DNA of 63,472 nucleotides, filler included. It is 6 parts of 6 records of this genome, joined end to end, with 100 filler letters (N's around TTAATTAATTAA, not from the genome) between each part and the next. Parts side by side here need not be neighbours in the genome. Positions count along the whole stretch, not along the records: positions 1 to 28,965 come from SRR20825010_1188; 5 more parts are not named here. The stretch is one strand, 5' to 3'. The notes beneath the pieces were generated by a model. That model did not search any database, was not told where the DNA came from, and saw only the letters and a program-made list of their open reading frames with translations. Position numbers and translations under genes: made by a program. Below, piece after piece: positions 10,532 through 20,796 of the stretch; position 1 is the first letter of the stretch, and each line of letters opens with the position of its first letter.

Positions 10532-11761
10532 ATGAAAATATTGGTTTCGCATAATAATTTCCCTGGCCAGTACCGGCGTCTCATGGCCTATGTTGAGCCT
10601 ATGAAGGACGTGGAAGTTGCGACTGTTACGCTTACGGGCAACAAAAATAAATATAGCCTGCCACGGGTTAACTTCGCCCCACACCGGCCTGCGCACAAAG
10701 AAATTCACCCCGCTGTTCGCAGCGTTGAAGACAACGTGATAATGGGGCAGGCAGCCTATAAATCGCTGATGGGTTACAAGAAGAAAAAGGGTTCGCCCGA
10801 TATTATCCTTGCGCATTCGGGCTGGGGGGCTTCGCTCTTTTTCAAGGACATATTTCCTGACGCCAAGTTCCTCAGCTATTATGAGTGGTATTATCATTGC
10901 CATGGTGGCGACGGCGAATTTATTGAGCGCAAGCGTTATGACGCCAACGCAGAGATGCGCATCCGCATGAAAAACACGCCCATCTTGCACGACCTTGCGG
11001 CGCAGGACTGGGGGCAGTGTCCCACGCAGTTCCAGAAATCACGTTTCCCGGAGATATTCCGCGACCGTATCAGCGTTCTGCATGACGGTGTGGACACAGA
11101 ATATTTTTCACCAAAAGAAGGCGTAAAGGTCAAGGTTGGTGACAAAACGCTGACGGCCAGCGATGAGGTGATCACCTATGTCGCGCGCGGTATGGAAGCC
11201 TACCGGGGTTTCCCCCAGTTTATGGAAGCCGTTTCCAAACTACAGAAAATTCGGCCAAACCTGCACGTGGTTGTGCTTGGCGATGACCGCATCGCTTATG
11301 GTTCCAAACAGCCGGATGGCAAGGGCATGAAAGAGCCTATGCTCAAGAAGTTTGAGTTTGATATGAACCGGCTTCATTTCATGGGGCTGCAGCCGCTTGC
11401 TGTCATGCGGGCGTTGTTGCAAATTTCTTCTGCGCATATCTATCTTACAGCGCCGTTTGTGCTTTCCTGGTCCATGCTTGAAGCCATGAGCACAGGCGCG
11501 TTGATTATTGCGTCTGACACCGACCCGGTGAAAGAACTGATTAGGGACGGCGAAAACGGCATTCTGGTTGATTTCTGGCATGTTGATGCGCTTGTGGATA
11601 AAACCAACAAGGTTCTGGATAACCCGAAGGAGTTTGAACACCTCCGTGGCCAGGCTCGAAATCGTATTGTTAATCATTATTCTACCGTCGATCTTCTGCC
11701 CAAATACTGGCAGATGATTAACGATGTAGCGGAAGGACGGACACCGAAACTGACACCTTAA
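10532..11761 (+). CDS. GT4 glycosyltransferase, ExpC/WgcA-like
   Basis: MKILVSHNNFPGQY, AHSGWG..LF.KD, YVARGMEAYRGFPQFM, YLTAPFVLSWSMLEAMS. Confidence 0.85.
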   Translation: MKILVSHNNFPGQYRRLMAYVEPMKDVEVATVTLTGNKNKYSLPRVNFAPHRPAHKEIHPAVRSVEDNVIMGQAAYKSLMGYKKKKGSPDIILAHSGWGASLFFKDIFPDAKFLSYYEWYYHCHGGDGEFIERKRYDANAEMRIRMKNTPILHDLAAQDWGQCPTQFQKSRFPEIFRDRISVLHDGVDTEYFSPKEGVKVKVGDKTLTASDEVITYVARGMEAYRGFPQFMEAVSKLQKIRPNLHVVVLGDDRIAYGSKQPDGKGMKEPMLKKFEFDMNRLHFMGLQPLAVMRALLQISSAHIYLTAPFVLSWSMLEAMSTGALIIASDTDPVKELIRDGENGILVDFWHVDALVDKTNKVLDNPKEFEHLRGQARNRIVNHYSTVDLLPKYWQMINDVAEGRTPKLTP

Positions 11762-11915
11762 CCAGGGGTCAGCGCGAAAGGTGGCAATGCGCCGCACGTA
11801 TTGTTGATGTTCGACACGCAAGAAAGCGTGTGCTATCGACGGTTTCTGGTAAATTGGGACTAGTTTTTTTTGGCTGAGATGGCAAAGAGCGCCCAGATTG
11901 AATTGGAAGTGATGG

Positions 11916-13673
11916 ATGTCGGTTTACGACGAGTTTAAGGCGGAAGAGCGCCAGTTTATTAAGTCAATGCGCGTAGTCTGGATGTTGTCTTTGTTTGGCA
12001 ACGTCGCCATGCTGGCAATGCCTGCCTTTATGTTTCAGGTCTACACCCGTGTCTTGCAGTCTCAAAGTATGGAAACTTTGATCGCACTGTTCCTGATCTG
12101 TACTGTGGTGCTGGTCGCTTACGGCTTTCTTGACGGGGCAAAACAGAAGCTGGTGGCGCTGGCGGCTGTGCGCTTTGAAAGCCAGATGGCGGGCCCCCTT
12201 CTCGCGGCTGAGCTGGCGCAGCAAAAAGACGCCAATGGCGAAAGTATTCGTGATCTCGCGCTTCTGCGCCAAGTCCTCTCCTCTCCGTCTTTCCTGGCGA
12301 TATTCGACATTCCGTTGGTGCCGATTTTCCTCATCATTCTTTACATCATTCACCCGCTTATCGGCATTGTCGTGACCATCGGCGCGGGGATTCTGTTCAT
12401 GATGACAATTGTGGGCAACCGGAAATCAGCGCCTTTCAATGAGGCGACGAGCGAGGCGATGATCCTCGCGCACCGGCGCCTTGAGATGCATATGCGTTCT
12501 CAAGAGATTATTCGTGCTCAAGGGAACTATATTGAGAGCGTAAACGACTGGGGTAAGCACCAGGGGCGGCACCTCAGCAATTATCTTGATTCGACAAGTG
12601 CAACAGCAGGTTTTAGCTCAGCATCGAAGGCTGGCCGTCAGATTTTGCAAATTCTGATTGTGGCCGTGGGTGCCGCGCTAGTGCTGGATGGCGACGCAGA
12701 TTTTGGCGTTATTTTTGGTGCCGCTATCATCGGTGGCCGGACCCTGATGCCGATGGAGCAGATCCTTGGCGGATGGCGGCAACTTACCAGCGGATACGAT
12801 GCCCGCAGGCGTCTGATCGAGCGGGTCAAGGATCTGCAGCTGCCTGAAAAGCGTATGCTGCTGCCACGTCCAAAAGGTGAAATTACGGTCAACCGCTTGG
12901 CCTATGTGCCAATGCCTGGTGCTGAGCCGATCCTGCGCAACGTGAACTGTGTTATTCGACCCGGCGACTGCGTGGCCATCATCGGTGGCTCTGGCTCGGG
13001 TAAGTCAACGCTGGCGCGCCTTCTCGTCGGGTATCTGGAGCCCACAGCAGGCTCTGTGAAGCTTGACGGCACTTCGCTTGCCGCGTGGGATCCTGTGGCC
13101 AAGGGGCTTTATGTGGGTTACCTGCCACAACAACAGCAGCTCTTTGAAGTCTCCGTTGCGGAAAATATCGCGCGGATGCGTGCAGATGACCCGCCTGAAA
13201 TGGTGATCGAGGCTGCGCGGCGTGCGGGTGTGCATGAAATACTGCAATCCCTGCCTAAGGGGTATGACAGCAAGCTGGTCCGCGGTGGGTATTGGCCATC
13301 TGGTGGGCAGGCGCAAATGATATCGCTGGCGCGCTCAATGTATGGCGACCCGCAGGTTCTGGTGTTTGATGAACCGGAAACCGGGCTGGATAGCCAATCA
13401 GAGGCGCTATTCCACCGGTTGGTGGCCAGTCTTCGCGAAGAGGGAAAAACCGTCGTCATCATTACGCACCGCCCAAGCGCCCTCAGGCATGTCAATAAGG
13501 TGATGTTGATGGCCAACGGCCAGATCAAGGATTTCGGACCGCGCGATGCCGTATTGAAAAATAACGGAATTACCACGGTGGGAGCGCAGAAAGCTGCAAA
13601 AAAAGCGGCGGCGCCTCAGCAACAGGTAGAAACCACAGAGGCTGACCAGCCTAAAATAGAAAATGCACAATGA
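11916..13673 (+). CDS. Type I secretion ABC transporter (PrtD/ExpD1 family)
   Basis: FMFQVYTRVLQSQSMETL N-terminus, TM helices, Walker A GGSGSGKST, GYLPQ, Walker B LVFDEP. Confidence 0.9.
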   Translation: MSVYDEFKAEERQFIKSMRVVWMLSLFGNVAMLAMPAFMFQVYTRVLQSQSMETLIALFLICTVVLVAYGFLDGAKQKLVALAAVRFESQMAGPLLAAELAQQKDANGESIRDLALLRQVLSSPSFLAIFDIPLVPIFLIILYIIHPLIGIVVTIGAGILFMMTIVGNRKSAPFNEATSEAMILAHRRLEMHMRSQEIIRAQGNYIESVNDWGKHQGRHLSNYLDSTSATAGFSSASKAGRQILQILIVAVGAALVLDGDADFGVIFGAAIIGGRTLMPMEQILGGWRQLTSGYDARRRLIERVKDLQLPEKRMLLPRPKGEITVNRLAYVPMPGAEPILRNVNCVIRPGDCVAIIGGSGSGKSTLARLLVGYLEPTAGSVKLDGTSLAAWDPVAKGLYVGYLPQQQQLFEVSVAENIARMRADDPPEMVIEAARRAGVHEILQSLPKGYDSKLVRGGYWPSGGQAQMISLARSMYGDPQVLVFDEPETGLDSQSEALFHRLVASLREEGKTVVIITHRPSALRHVNKVMLMANGQIKDFGPRDAVLKNNGITTVGAQKAAKKAAAPQQQVETTEADQPKIENAQ

Positions 13674-15082
13674 TGGAACAGGACCAAAACAACACAACAG
13701 GTTCGGCCGTCGCTAAAACTGCGAAAACCGGACAGAGCCTTGCAGACCCGATCACAGTTGACACCAGCCGTGTGTTCAAACGTGAAGAACTGGAGCGCTG
13801 GCACGACACAGTTGATTATTCGAGCGACCGTGGCCTCAAGCTAGCTAAAATTGTGATCCTGCTGGTATTTGGTTTTGGCGGTATCTGGGCATGTACGGCC
13901 CCGCTTGGGGGCGCTGTGATTGCGACCGGTCGGGTCGTGGCGGAAAACCACAACAGGGTTATCCAGCACCTTGAAGGCGGTATCCTTTCCGAGGTTGTTG
14001 TGAACGAAGGCCAACGGGTTGAGGACGGTCAGGTATTGGCACGACTGGACGGTAGCCGCGTAACACCTCAGCTTAAGAATGCTGAATTGCAGCGCGCTGT
14101 ACTTCAGGTGCAATTGGCGCGGCGCCGGGCTGAAATTCAGGGGGCAACACAAATTCAGCTCCCTGACTTATCGCCCGAACTCCTCGCGAATACGCGACTG
14201 CAGGAAACTATTGATAGCCAAACCAGTGAATTCCATGCCTTGAACGACCTGATGCGGTCACAGATCCAGATTCTGGATAACAAGATCGAGGCGCTCAAGG
14301 ACGATATCGAAGGCCAGCAGGCTGTGATCAAAGCGCGTGAAAAGCAAGACGAGTTGCTTGCGATGGAACTGCGCGATTTCAAAGACCTGCTGGAAAAAGG
14401 CCTTGTACAGCGCACGCGTGTGTTTGCAACAGAGCGTGAGCTGGCGGTCGTGCGTGCAAATACTGAGATATCGAAGCTGAATATCGAGAAGTCTCGCAAC
14501 GATATTGTTTCGACAGAATCGGAAAAAATGCAGGTACGCCTTGAGAGGCTCAAACAAGCTGAAGGTGTTTCCGTTGAACTGCAAAAGAACATCAATACAC
14601 TTGATGCCCAGATTGCGCAGTATCAAGACGTGCTGGAGCGGACGATCATTCGGTCACCGGCAGCAGGTTTTATATTCCGGATATCCAAGAAGACACCCGG
14701 CGCGGTATTGCGCCCCGGCGACGCAATTATGGAGATCGTGCCCGAACTGGATGACTTCCGCGTTGAAGCCAATGTGCAAATTCGCGACGTAGAGAAAGTG
14801 TTTATTGGCCAGGATGTGGAGATGCGTCTGCTGTCTGTTACCAACCGTGCGACACCGCCGGTTAAGGGCAAGATAACATATCTGTCTTCAGATTCGATTG
14901 TCCCTGATGACGGTAGCCAAGGGTTCTATATTGCCTATGTATCTGTGAATGAGGGCGAAGATACAGGCTCGGTCGTGCCGGGTAATGTGGCCACGGTGTT
15001 TATCAAAACGGAACCAAGCACCTTCATTGAGATTCTACTCAATCCGCTGACGCGCTTCTCCGCACGTGCGTTTAAAGGTTGA
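13670..15082 (+). CDS. Type I secretion HlyD-family membrane fusion protein (PrtE/ExpD2-like)
   Basis: Single TM helix, IQHLEGGILSEVVVNEGQRVEDGQVL, coiled coil, IRSPAAG, IVP; ATGA overlap with the ABC gene. Confidence 0.9.
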   Translation: MMEQDQNNTTGSAVAKTAKTGQSLADPITVDTSRVFKREELERWHDTVDYSSDRGLKLAKIVILLVFGFGGIWACTAPLGGAVIATGRVVAENHNRVIQHLEGGILSEVVVNEGQRVEDGQVLARLDGSRVTPQLKNAELQRAVLQVQLARRRAEIQGATQIQLPDLSPELLANTRLQETIDSQTSEFHALNDLMRSQIQILDNKIEALKDDIEGQQAVIKAREKQDELLAMELRDFKDLLEKGLVQRTRVFATERELAVVRANTEISKLNIEKSRNDIVSTESEKMQVRLERLKQAEGVSVELQKNINTLDAQIAQYQDVLERTIIRSPAAGFIFRISKKTPGAVLRPGDAIMEIVPELDDFRVEANVQIRDVEKVFIGQDVEMRLLSVTNRATPPVKGKITYLSSDSIVPDDGSQGFYIAYVSVNEGEDTGSVVPGNVATVFIKTEPSTFIEILLNPLTRFSARAFKG

Positions 15083-15104
15083 TCCGGGAGGATATTGGGG
15101 CGGC

Positions 15105-17204
15105 ATGGCACAGCTGAAGCTCACAAAAGCAGCGTTCGCGGTCCTTTATGGTCGCGAACGGGTGCTTATCACCGATGAAACTCTGCTGCCGCATGTGAAG
15201 GGCCTGGCAGATGACGCGTTTGCGGTCCTGCTGGTCGATAGTGACGGAAGGACCACCACGGGCGGTGAAAGCCCCGCAGCGGCCACTCTTGACGTCCTTG
15301 GTATGCCCCTTGGTCTTAAAGCGGTTCTGGTGCATGAGCAGAACAAGGCCGTGGTGGCTGAATGGGGCGGTGAACGCCTGCTTGCCAAAAGCAAGGATGG
15401 CTTCGAGATTTTCATTGCGAAGCCCAATGACCCAGATGTCGAAACTAAGCTTACTGACTTTTTTATAGCGTTGCAGAACACCATGCTTGTTGCGCTGTCT
15501 GCGCGAGCGACCAGGCTTGAAACCCAGACAGCCTACCTGCGCCAGTCGTCAGAGCGGATGATGACGGCGCTTGCCATGTCTGAGCGTGTGATGCAGGCGG
15601 TGGGGTATAGCGAGCTTTCGGTTGTCGCCTCCTTGCCTAAAAGCTCTGAACGTGTTGGTCCGCAAGGTGATATCAATACCAACTCGTTCGAGCAGATTTT
15701 CCCAACTGACGGATTGGGCCTGGGCGCCATAGAGCTTCATGCGGTGTTACCGCGTAAAGGCGTTGGTGATGGTTATCTTGAGGTTGCCATTCTTCGGGAC
15801 TTTGACGGCAAAATACTGACGTTCCAGAACCTTCGGTTTGAAGATATTAACGAAGGCTGGAATACGGTTCGCTTCAATCAGGTTGTCACCGATGTGTTTG
15901 GCGACGTAAGGCTCGCGCTTCGTTGGCATACAGAAGCCGAAGGCAAGGCGCCGCTGGTTTCCCTCTCGGATATAAGCGGCAACCGCTTTGGCGCGCCAGG
16001 CAACGATAGAAGCGTTGCTCTGAATGTCTTCAAGCGCGCCTGCGGCACGGACATAAGTGATGAGGCTCTGACTGCGGTTGGCAATACATCCCTCGCGGGC
16101 GTTATCGTACTCCCCAGTAGCTATGCCGACGGAGTGGCTTTCTATGGGGGCGAGGCTCGCTATCAGGCTGCGAAAGCAGAACAGAGCTTTGACCCGTTTG
16201 TTGTGAATGAAACCACCGGGAGCGCCAAGGTTCATTTGGCATCCGACGGGTTAACGGGGCTGACATTCCGGACCATACTGCCGCGCGGTGCCCGTAGCAT
16301 CGACCTTGATGTGGTGCTGCCTGAGGCCAGAGGCCCTGAGATGGCCATTTACGCGGCGCTGGTAAACAGCCTCGGCGGCATCGAAACCCACATGACTAAC
16401 GCTATGAAGGGCGAAGCGCATGATCTCGTCTCTTATGCAACGGCCCATTTGGGTAAAGGACAGAGAACCAGAATCCAGCTTGAATGTGAGGACTGCACGG
16501 GGCGTGAAATTTATGTCGTTCTTGTTGCCAAAACTCAGGACGGCACCATAGCAAACGGCTGGTGCCAGCTTGATCGGTTGGTCCTTAACGCACCATATGC
16601 ATCTACGGTTCAGCTGGACAAACCCCACCTGTCACCAAAGAAAATTGTACGTGCCGTCCGGCTGCCGGAACTTGGTAATCTGGTGCAATTTCTTTATGGC
16701 CCTGATGAGTTGCACCGCCTGAGTGTCTCTGGCGGATTCCTGCCTATGCTGCTTGATGAAAACGGTGGTTATCTGCAAACGCATCCGCTTAAGGGTGCTG
16801 TGTCTGCGGCCATCCTGCCCTCGCTCGTTATGCCGGGCACTATAAAGGTAACCACAACCGCGACAACTGGCCACCCGCACGCGCCGGAATTTATCTATCT
16901 GGCCATGCTTGTTCGGCGCGATGTAGCGGACACCACGGACGCTGTTGAAGCAGTGGCAAAAGCGGTACAAAACGGGGGGCCTTTTGAAGAAACCATGGCT
17001 GAGGACGACGGTGCCGTTTTCTGGCATGCGCGCTGCCTGAAGGCGGACGAAGAAGCCCGGTTGGAGCTGACGTTCCAGACGCCTCTCACAGCCGTGTATA
17101 ACATTGTGTTGGCTGCCTTGCCGATTGATGGCCTTACATCCTTCGGATGGTGCCGCTGGACCTCGCTTGGCATCATCAGCCAAGAAGCTGATGGCAAGGC
17201 ATAG
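15105..17204 (+). CDS. DUF6212-like protein with a coiled coil and two tandem beta-rich modules
   Basis: Two internal repeats (KVHL...GWC and QTHP...GWCRW); directly downstream of HlyD; family name recalled, not searched. Confidence 0.55.
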   Translation: MAQLKLTKAAFAVLYGRERVLITDETLLPHVKGLADDAFAVLLVDSDGRTTTGGESPAAATLDVLGMPLGLKAVLVHEQNKAVVAEWGGERLLAKSKDGFEIFIAKPNDPDVETKLTDFFIALQNTMLVALSARATRLETQTAYLRQSSERMMTALAMSERVMQAVGYSELSVVASLPKSSERVGPQGDINTNSFEQIFPTDGLGLGAIELHAVLPRKGVGDGYLEVAILRDFDGKILTFQNLRFEDINEGWNTVRFNQVVTDVFGDVRLALRWHTEAEGKAPLVSLSDISGNRFGAPGNDRSVALNVFKRACGTDISDEALTAVGNTSLAGVIVLPSSYADGVAFYGGEARYQAAKAEQSFDPFVVNETTGSAKVHLASDGLTGLTFRTILPRGARSIDLDVVLPEARGPEMAIYAALVNSLGGIETHMTNAMKGEAHDLVSYATAHLGKGQRTRIQLECEDCTGREIYVVLVAKTQDGTIANGWCQLDRLVLNAPYASTVQLDKPHLSPKKIVRAVRLPELGNLVQFLYGPDELHRLSVSGGFLPMLLDENGGYLQTHPLKGAVSAAILPSLVMPGTIKVTTTATTGHPHAPEFIYLAMLVRRDVADTTDAVEAVAKAVQNGGPFEETMAEDDGAVFWHARCLKADEEARLELTFQTPLTAVYNIVLAALPIDGLTSFGWCRWTSLGIISQEADGKA

Positions 17205-19914
17205 CCCCATGCCAGCCGTCGCCCCCAACTCAGATACCCAACACTTGCCTGACGCTGAGATTGAACCCATTGGCATCGTGATACCGGCCTATGGTCACCC
17301 GCGTTTTCTTGGCGAGGCGATCATCAGTGCCTGTACGCAGGAAACCGAACGGCAAATTCTTGTTGTTGTGGTGGACGATGGCTGCCGATTTGAAGAAACT
17401 GTTGAGCTGGTTACCAGCCTGATGGGGCAGTTTCCCGGTGTACTGCATTACGTGCGGCACAAAAACACACGGTTGCCGGGCGCGCGCAACAAGGGCGTAC
17501 GTTTCCTGATGGCGATGTGTCCTGAAATCGATTCGGTTTTTTTTCTTGATGCAGATAACAGGCTTTCACCCTATTCGATTGAGGCTTACCGCAAAGCGCT
17601 TGGTGACGATGAGCGTATTGGCTGGGCTTACCCTGATATAGCGTTCTTTGGCCTCTCTTGGGGGCGGGGCGGTTTTGATATCCGGGAAACCGCACCGGAC
17701 TATTCTGTGCTGAAGCACCTGTGCGGCAACATCTCCGAAGCCGGGTCGCTTGTTCGGGCATCTGTGTTCAGAAATGACGTGTTTTACGACGACACCATGC
17801 GCTCAGGCTTTGAAGACTGGGATTTCTGGCTCACGGCTCTTGGAGCAGGGTATCTCGGTGTAAGGGTGAAAGACGCTGGATTCTTGTATCGCCGCCGTGC
17901 TGAAAGCATGCTGGCAGATAGCCGCCGCGAAGAGGAGCTTTTGCTCGCGCGGATGAAGCTCAAGCACAAGGCGCTATTTGATCCCAAATTTATTATGCAA
18001 ACCGTGCAGCGCGAGGCACCTTTCTTCGCCATTTTGGAAGAAGACAGCGATAAGGTTTTGCTGACCGCCGATCCGTGCGTGAAGGGCGAGGAAATCACGC
18101 TTGAAGAATTCGCGAACCGCGTGGCAGCTTGCCGCAAAAGTCCGCGTGAGCACTTCTTCCCACGCAAGATAGTGTTGTTCGCGCCGGGTATGTGGCAAGC
18201 GCTTAAAAAGGGCGCCCCGGCCTATATGCGCTGGGTGTTCTGGATGCTGCTGCGCGACAAGACAGGCACGAAGGCGATAAGCGTGGTCTCATCCGCGCGT
18301 CCTGCCATGCGCCGCGCCACGCCGGGTGACCATGCGCATATGATAGTGTTTGATAGCACCGCGTTTGAGAATCAGGTCTGGACAGGGGATTTAGCTCCAC
18401 TGGCTGAACTTGAACACGCTGAGTTGTCGCTGCCGATAAAGGCTGTGCCGGAGGGTATGACGGCAGGTTTACTCTGCTGGAATCTGGGCACACTGTTACC
18501 AAAAGACAAAACCTACTCGCGCCATACAGACAGGCGGTATGCCGGGCCTCACGCTCGCGGCCTGTATGAAAAAGTGATCGATCCGGCTTGTTCGGCCGAT
18601 GATGAATTTTTCCCGCCAGCCCCTTGGGTTCGCGCGGACGGTGAGAAGTGGTTCGCTTTTGTCGCAACTGGTGATGAGGTTGCGATTGCGGACCTTGCTG
18701 GCCGCATGCAGGCGGCACGCATAAAAGGATACCGCATCCTTCTGGTGTTGGAGCGCGAGGACGGCGTGCAGTATGAAGACAAGCCTTCGCTTGCGCTAGA
18801 TATCGCAGATATGATCGTGCCGCTTATCCTTGAGCCAAGCGCAGGTATGAGCCGCTATTATCTTGGGCGGCGAGTGAAATCTGTTATGACCGGAATGCGC
18901 CAGCTTGAGCTTGAGACACTTGCCATTCATTTTGACCATATCGAGGCCAGCCATACAGCCATGAGCCTGGAGGCTTTTGGCGCCAGCAAACATAGGGGCG
19001 CAAAAACGCACCTGATGATGCCAAGCGCCTATGCGCATGATGCTGGCGCGGAAGACTTTGGTCGGGTGCTGGCGTATGAGCACGCCATTGACCAAGTGGT
19101 GACAGATGATCCTTCAGTTCTTGCACCGGTGCTGAGTGCACAGGGCATCCCGCGTGAGAAGGTGGTGGCGGAAGCCGATTTTTTCAGCGCTTTGGCGCCG
19201 GCATCCAACAAAGTGAATGCGCCCGCGGTAATGGCTAAGCCACTGAGTTGGGCCCCCACAGGCGGATACCTGTTTGTGGTGACCTATGGCCGCAGCGGGT
19301 CCACATTGTTGCAGACTGTATTGCAATCCATTGATGGCTATTTCATTCGCGGTGAAAATGAAAACGCGCTCTATTCACTTTTTGAAGCATGGAAACGCGC
19401 CCGCAGTGTGCGCCAGCGCTTTGATACAACGCGCCCTGTGCCCAGGCATGGCCCGTGGTATGGCGCGGAAGAGGTGGACGCAGAGGCCTTCGCCGCCCGG
19501 CTTGTGGACGCCTTCGTGGCAGAAGTGATCCGCCCACCAGAGGATGCGCGTGTTGTCGGCTTTAAGGAAATTCGGTACGGCGATCTCAGCGAGGGGGAGC
19601 TTGAAGAGTATCTGGAATTTATCCGGCGTTTCTTCCCGCAAAGTCGGTTTGTTTTCAATATGCGGAACGCGGCGGACGTAGGCCGTTCTGGCTGGTGGAA
19701 AGACACAGATCCGGGCTTTGTTGAAAAGCTCGTGTCGCGAAGCGATGCGGTGTTCAAGCGTTTTGCCGCGCGCTACAGCGCCATCTCCCATCTCATGCAG
19801 TATGAAGAGTATGCGCAAGCAGAGGCGGGCTTTGTATCCCTGTTTGATTTCCTGGGTGAAGAGATGGATGAGGCCGTACTTAAAGCCATGATGGCGCGTC
19901 AACTCGATCATTAG
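17191..19914 (+). CDS. GT2 glycosyltransferase fused to a C-terminal sulfotransferase domain
   Basis: IVIPAYGHP, VVDDGC, LPGARN, FLDADN, GFEDWDFW (GT2); VTYGRSGSTLLQ and VGFKEIR (sulfotransferase); start may be 17209. Confidence 0.8.
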   Translation: MARHSPMPAVAPNSDTQHLPDAEIEPIGIVIPAYGHPRFLGEAIISACTQETERQILVVVVDDGCRFEETVELVTSLMGQFPGVLHYVRHKNTRLPGARNKGVRFLMAMCPEIDSVFFLDADNRLSPYSIEAYRKALGDDERIGWAYPDIAFFGLSWGRGGFDIRETAPDYSVLKHLCGNISEAGSLVRASVFRNDVFYDDTMRSGFEDWDFWLTALGAGYLGVRVKDAGFLYRRRAESMLADSRREEELLLARMKLKHKALFDPKFIMQTVQREAPFFAILEEDSDKVLLTADPCVKGEEITLEEFANRVAACRKSPREHFFPRKIVLFAPGMWQALKKGAPAYMRWVFWMLLRDKTGTKAISVVSSARPAMRRATPGDHAHMIVFDSTAFENQVWTGDLAPLAELEHAELSLPIKAVPEGMTAGLLCWNLGTLLPKDKTYSRHTDRRYAGPHARGLYEKVIDPACSADDEFFPPAPWVRADGEKWFAFVATGDEVAIADLAGRMQAARIKGYRILLVLEREDGVQYEDKPSLALDIADMIVPLILEPSAGMSRYYLGRRVKSVMTGMRQLELETLAIHFDHIEASHTAMSLEAFGASKHRGAKTHLMMPSAYAHDAGAEDFGRVLAYEHAIDQVVTDDPSVLAPVLSAQGIPREKVVAEADFFSALAPASNKVNAPAVMAKPLSWAPTGGYLFVVTYGRSGSTLLQTVLQSIDGYFIRGENENALYSLFEAWKRARSVRQRFDTTRPVPRHGPWYGAEEVDAEAFAARLVDAFVAEVIRPPEDARVVGFKEIRYGDLSEGELEEYLEFIRRFFPQSRFVFNMRNAADVGRSGWWKDTDPGFVEKLVSRSDAVFKRFAARYSAISHLMQYEEYAQAEAGFVSLFDFLGEEMDEAVLKAMMARQLDH

Positions 19915-19938
19915 GCAGTCACGGTCGGCTGCAGCCGC

Positions 19939-20712
19939 CTATAGCGTGAAATTAAGCCCCAACTTCTTGCGGGCATCTTCCCTGAACCGGCTTTCAAATT
20001 CATCTTTGGCCGAGTGCGCCTGCTTCTGGAACATGGATTTGCGTTTGCCCAATTTGTCGAATGGCTCGTCGATGAACACCGCGATACGGCGGATGGTAAC
20101 GAAAGGCTTTTTGATCAGGTCTTCATACCACACGGTGTGATAGGACTTGTTCAGAACGGTCAGGCTCAGTTCCGCATCACTATTGTGTTTGATGCAGGAC
20201 ATGACGATACGCTCTATAGCGTCAAAGTCATACTCGGGCATTTCGCCTTTAGCTTCATGAAATGAAGCCCACTGCTGATTATGGTGCGCGATATAGTGAG
20301 AGATAGCCTGTGCGATGATGTTCCTGCGTTTGATCCAGATGATAGAGCTGCCACCCTCAAATGCGTCCAGCAGGCCGAAGCGGTGCAGCATATCAAGCTG
20401 GATACAGCCTATTTTGGCGCCCCAGTGTACGGTTTTGCAGTCCCGACGCATGAAGCGCACATAATCTTCAAAACCGTGCAGGCTGTGCTGATCACTCATC
20501 TTCTGTACGTTAACGGCGTTGAAAATCTCATGCCGCATGGAAACGCTCGGGATGCGCTTCATCAGGTCAACCAGATAGTTGGAGCCAGAGCGGTTGCCGA
20601 ACAGCACAAAAACGCCCTTGCCCGGTAGTGTGCCGGTGATGCGCGTGCGGGATCTGTCTCCGCCATAATAGGCGAGGATATCACTCTCGTGCTGGTGCTG
20701 TTTTGGTTCCAT
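19939..20712 (-). CDS. Stf0-family sulfotransferase
   Basis: RSGSNYL, RRNIIAQAISHYIA...QW, YDFDAI, VWYEDL. Confidence 0.75.
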   Translation of the reverse strand: MEPKQHQHESDILAYYGGDRSRTRITGTLPGKGVFVLFGNRSGSNYLVDLMKRIPSVSMRHEIFNAVNVQKMSDQHSLHGFEDYVRFMRRDCKTVHWGAKIGCIQLDMLHRFGLLDAFEGGSSIIWIKRRNIIAQAISHYIAHHNQQWASFHEAKGEMPEYDFDAIERIVMSCIKHNSDAELSLTVLNKSYHTVWYEDLIKKPFVTIRRIAVFIDEPFDKLGKRKSMFQKQAHSAKDEFESRFREDARKKLGLNFTL

Positions 20713-20796
20713 CAAACTCACGATCTAACTGAGGGTTGAGCCTTTTAAGCCGAGGTTATGGCCAAGTTCAAGATGCATGTGGGGTTAGGGGCACTT

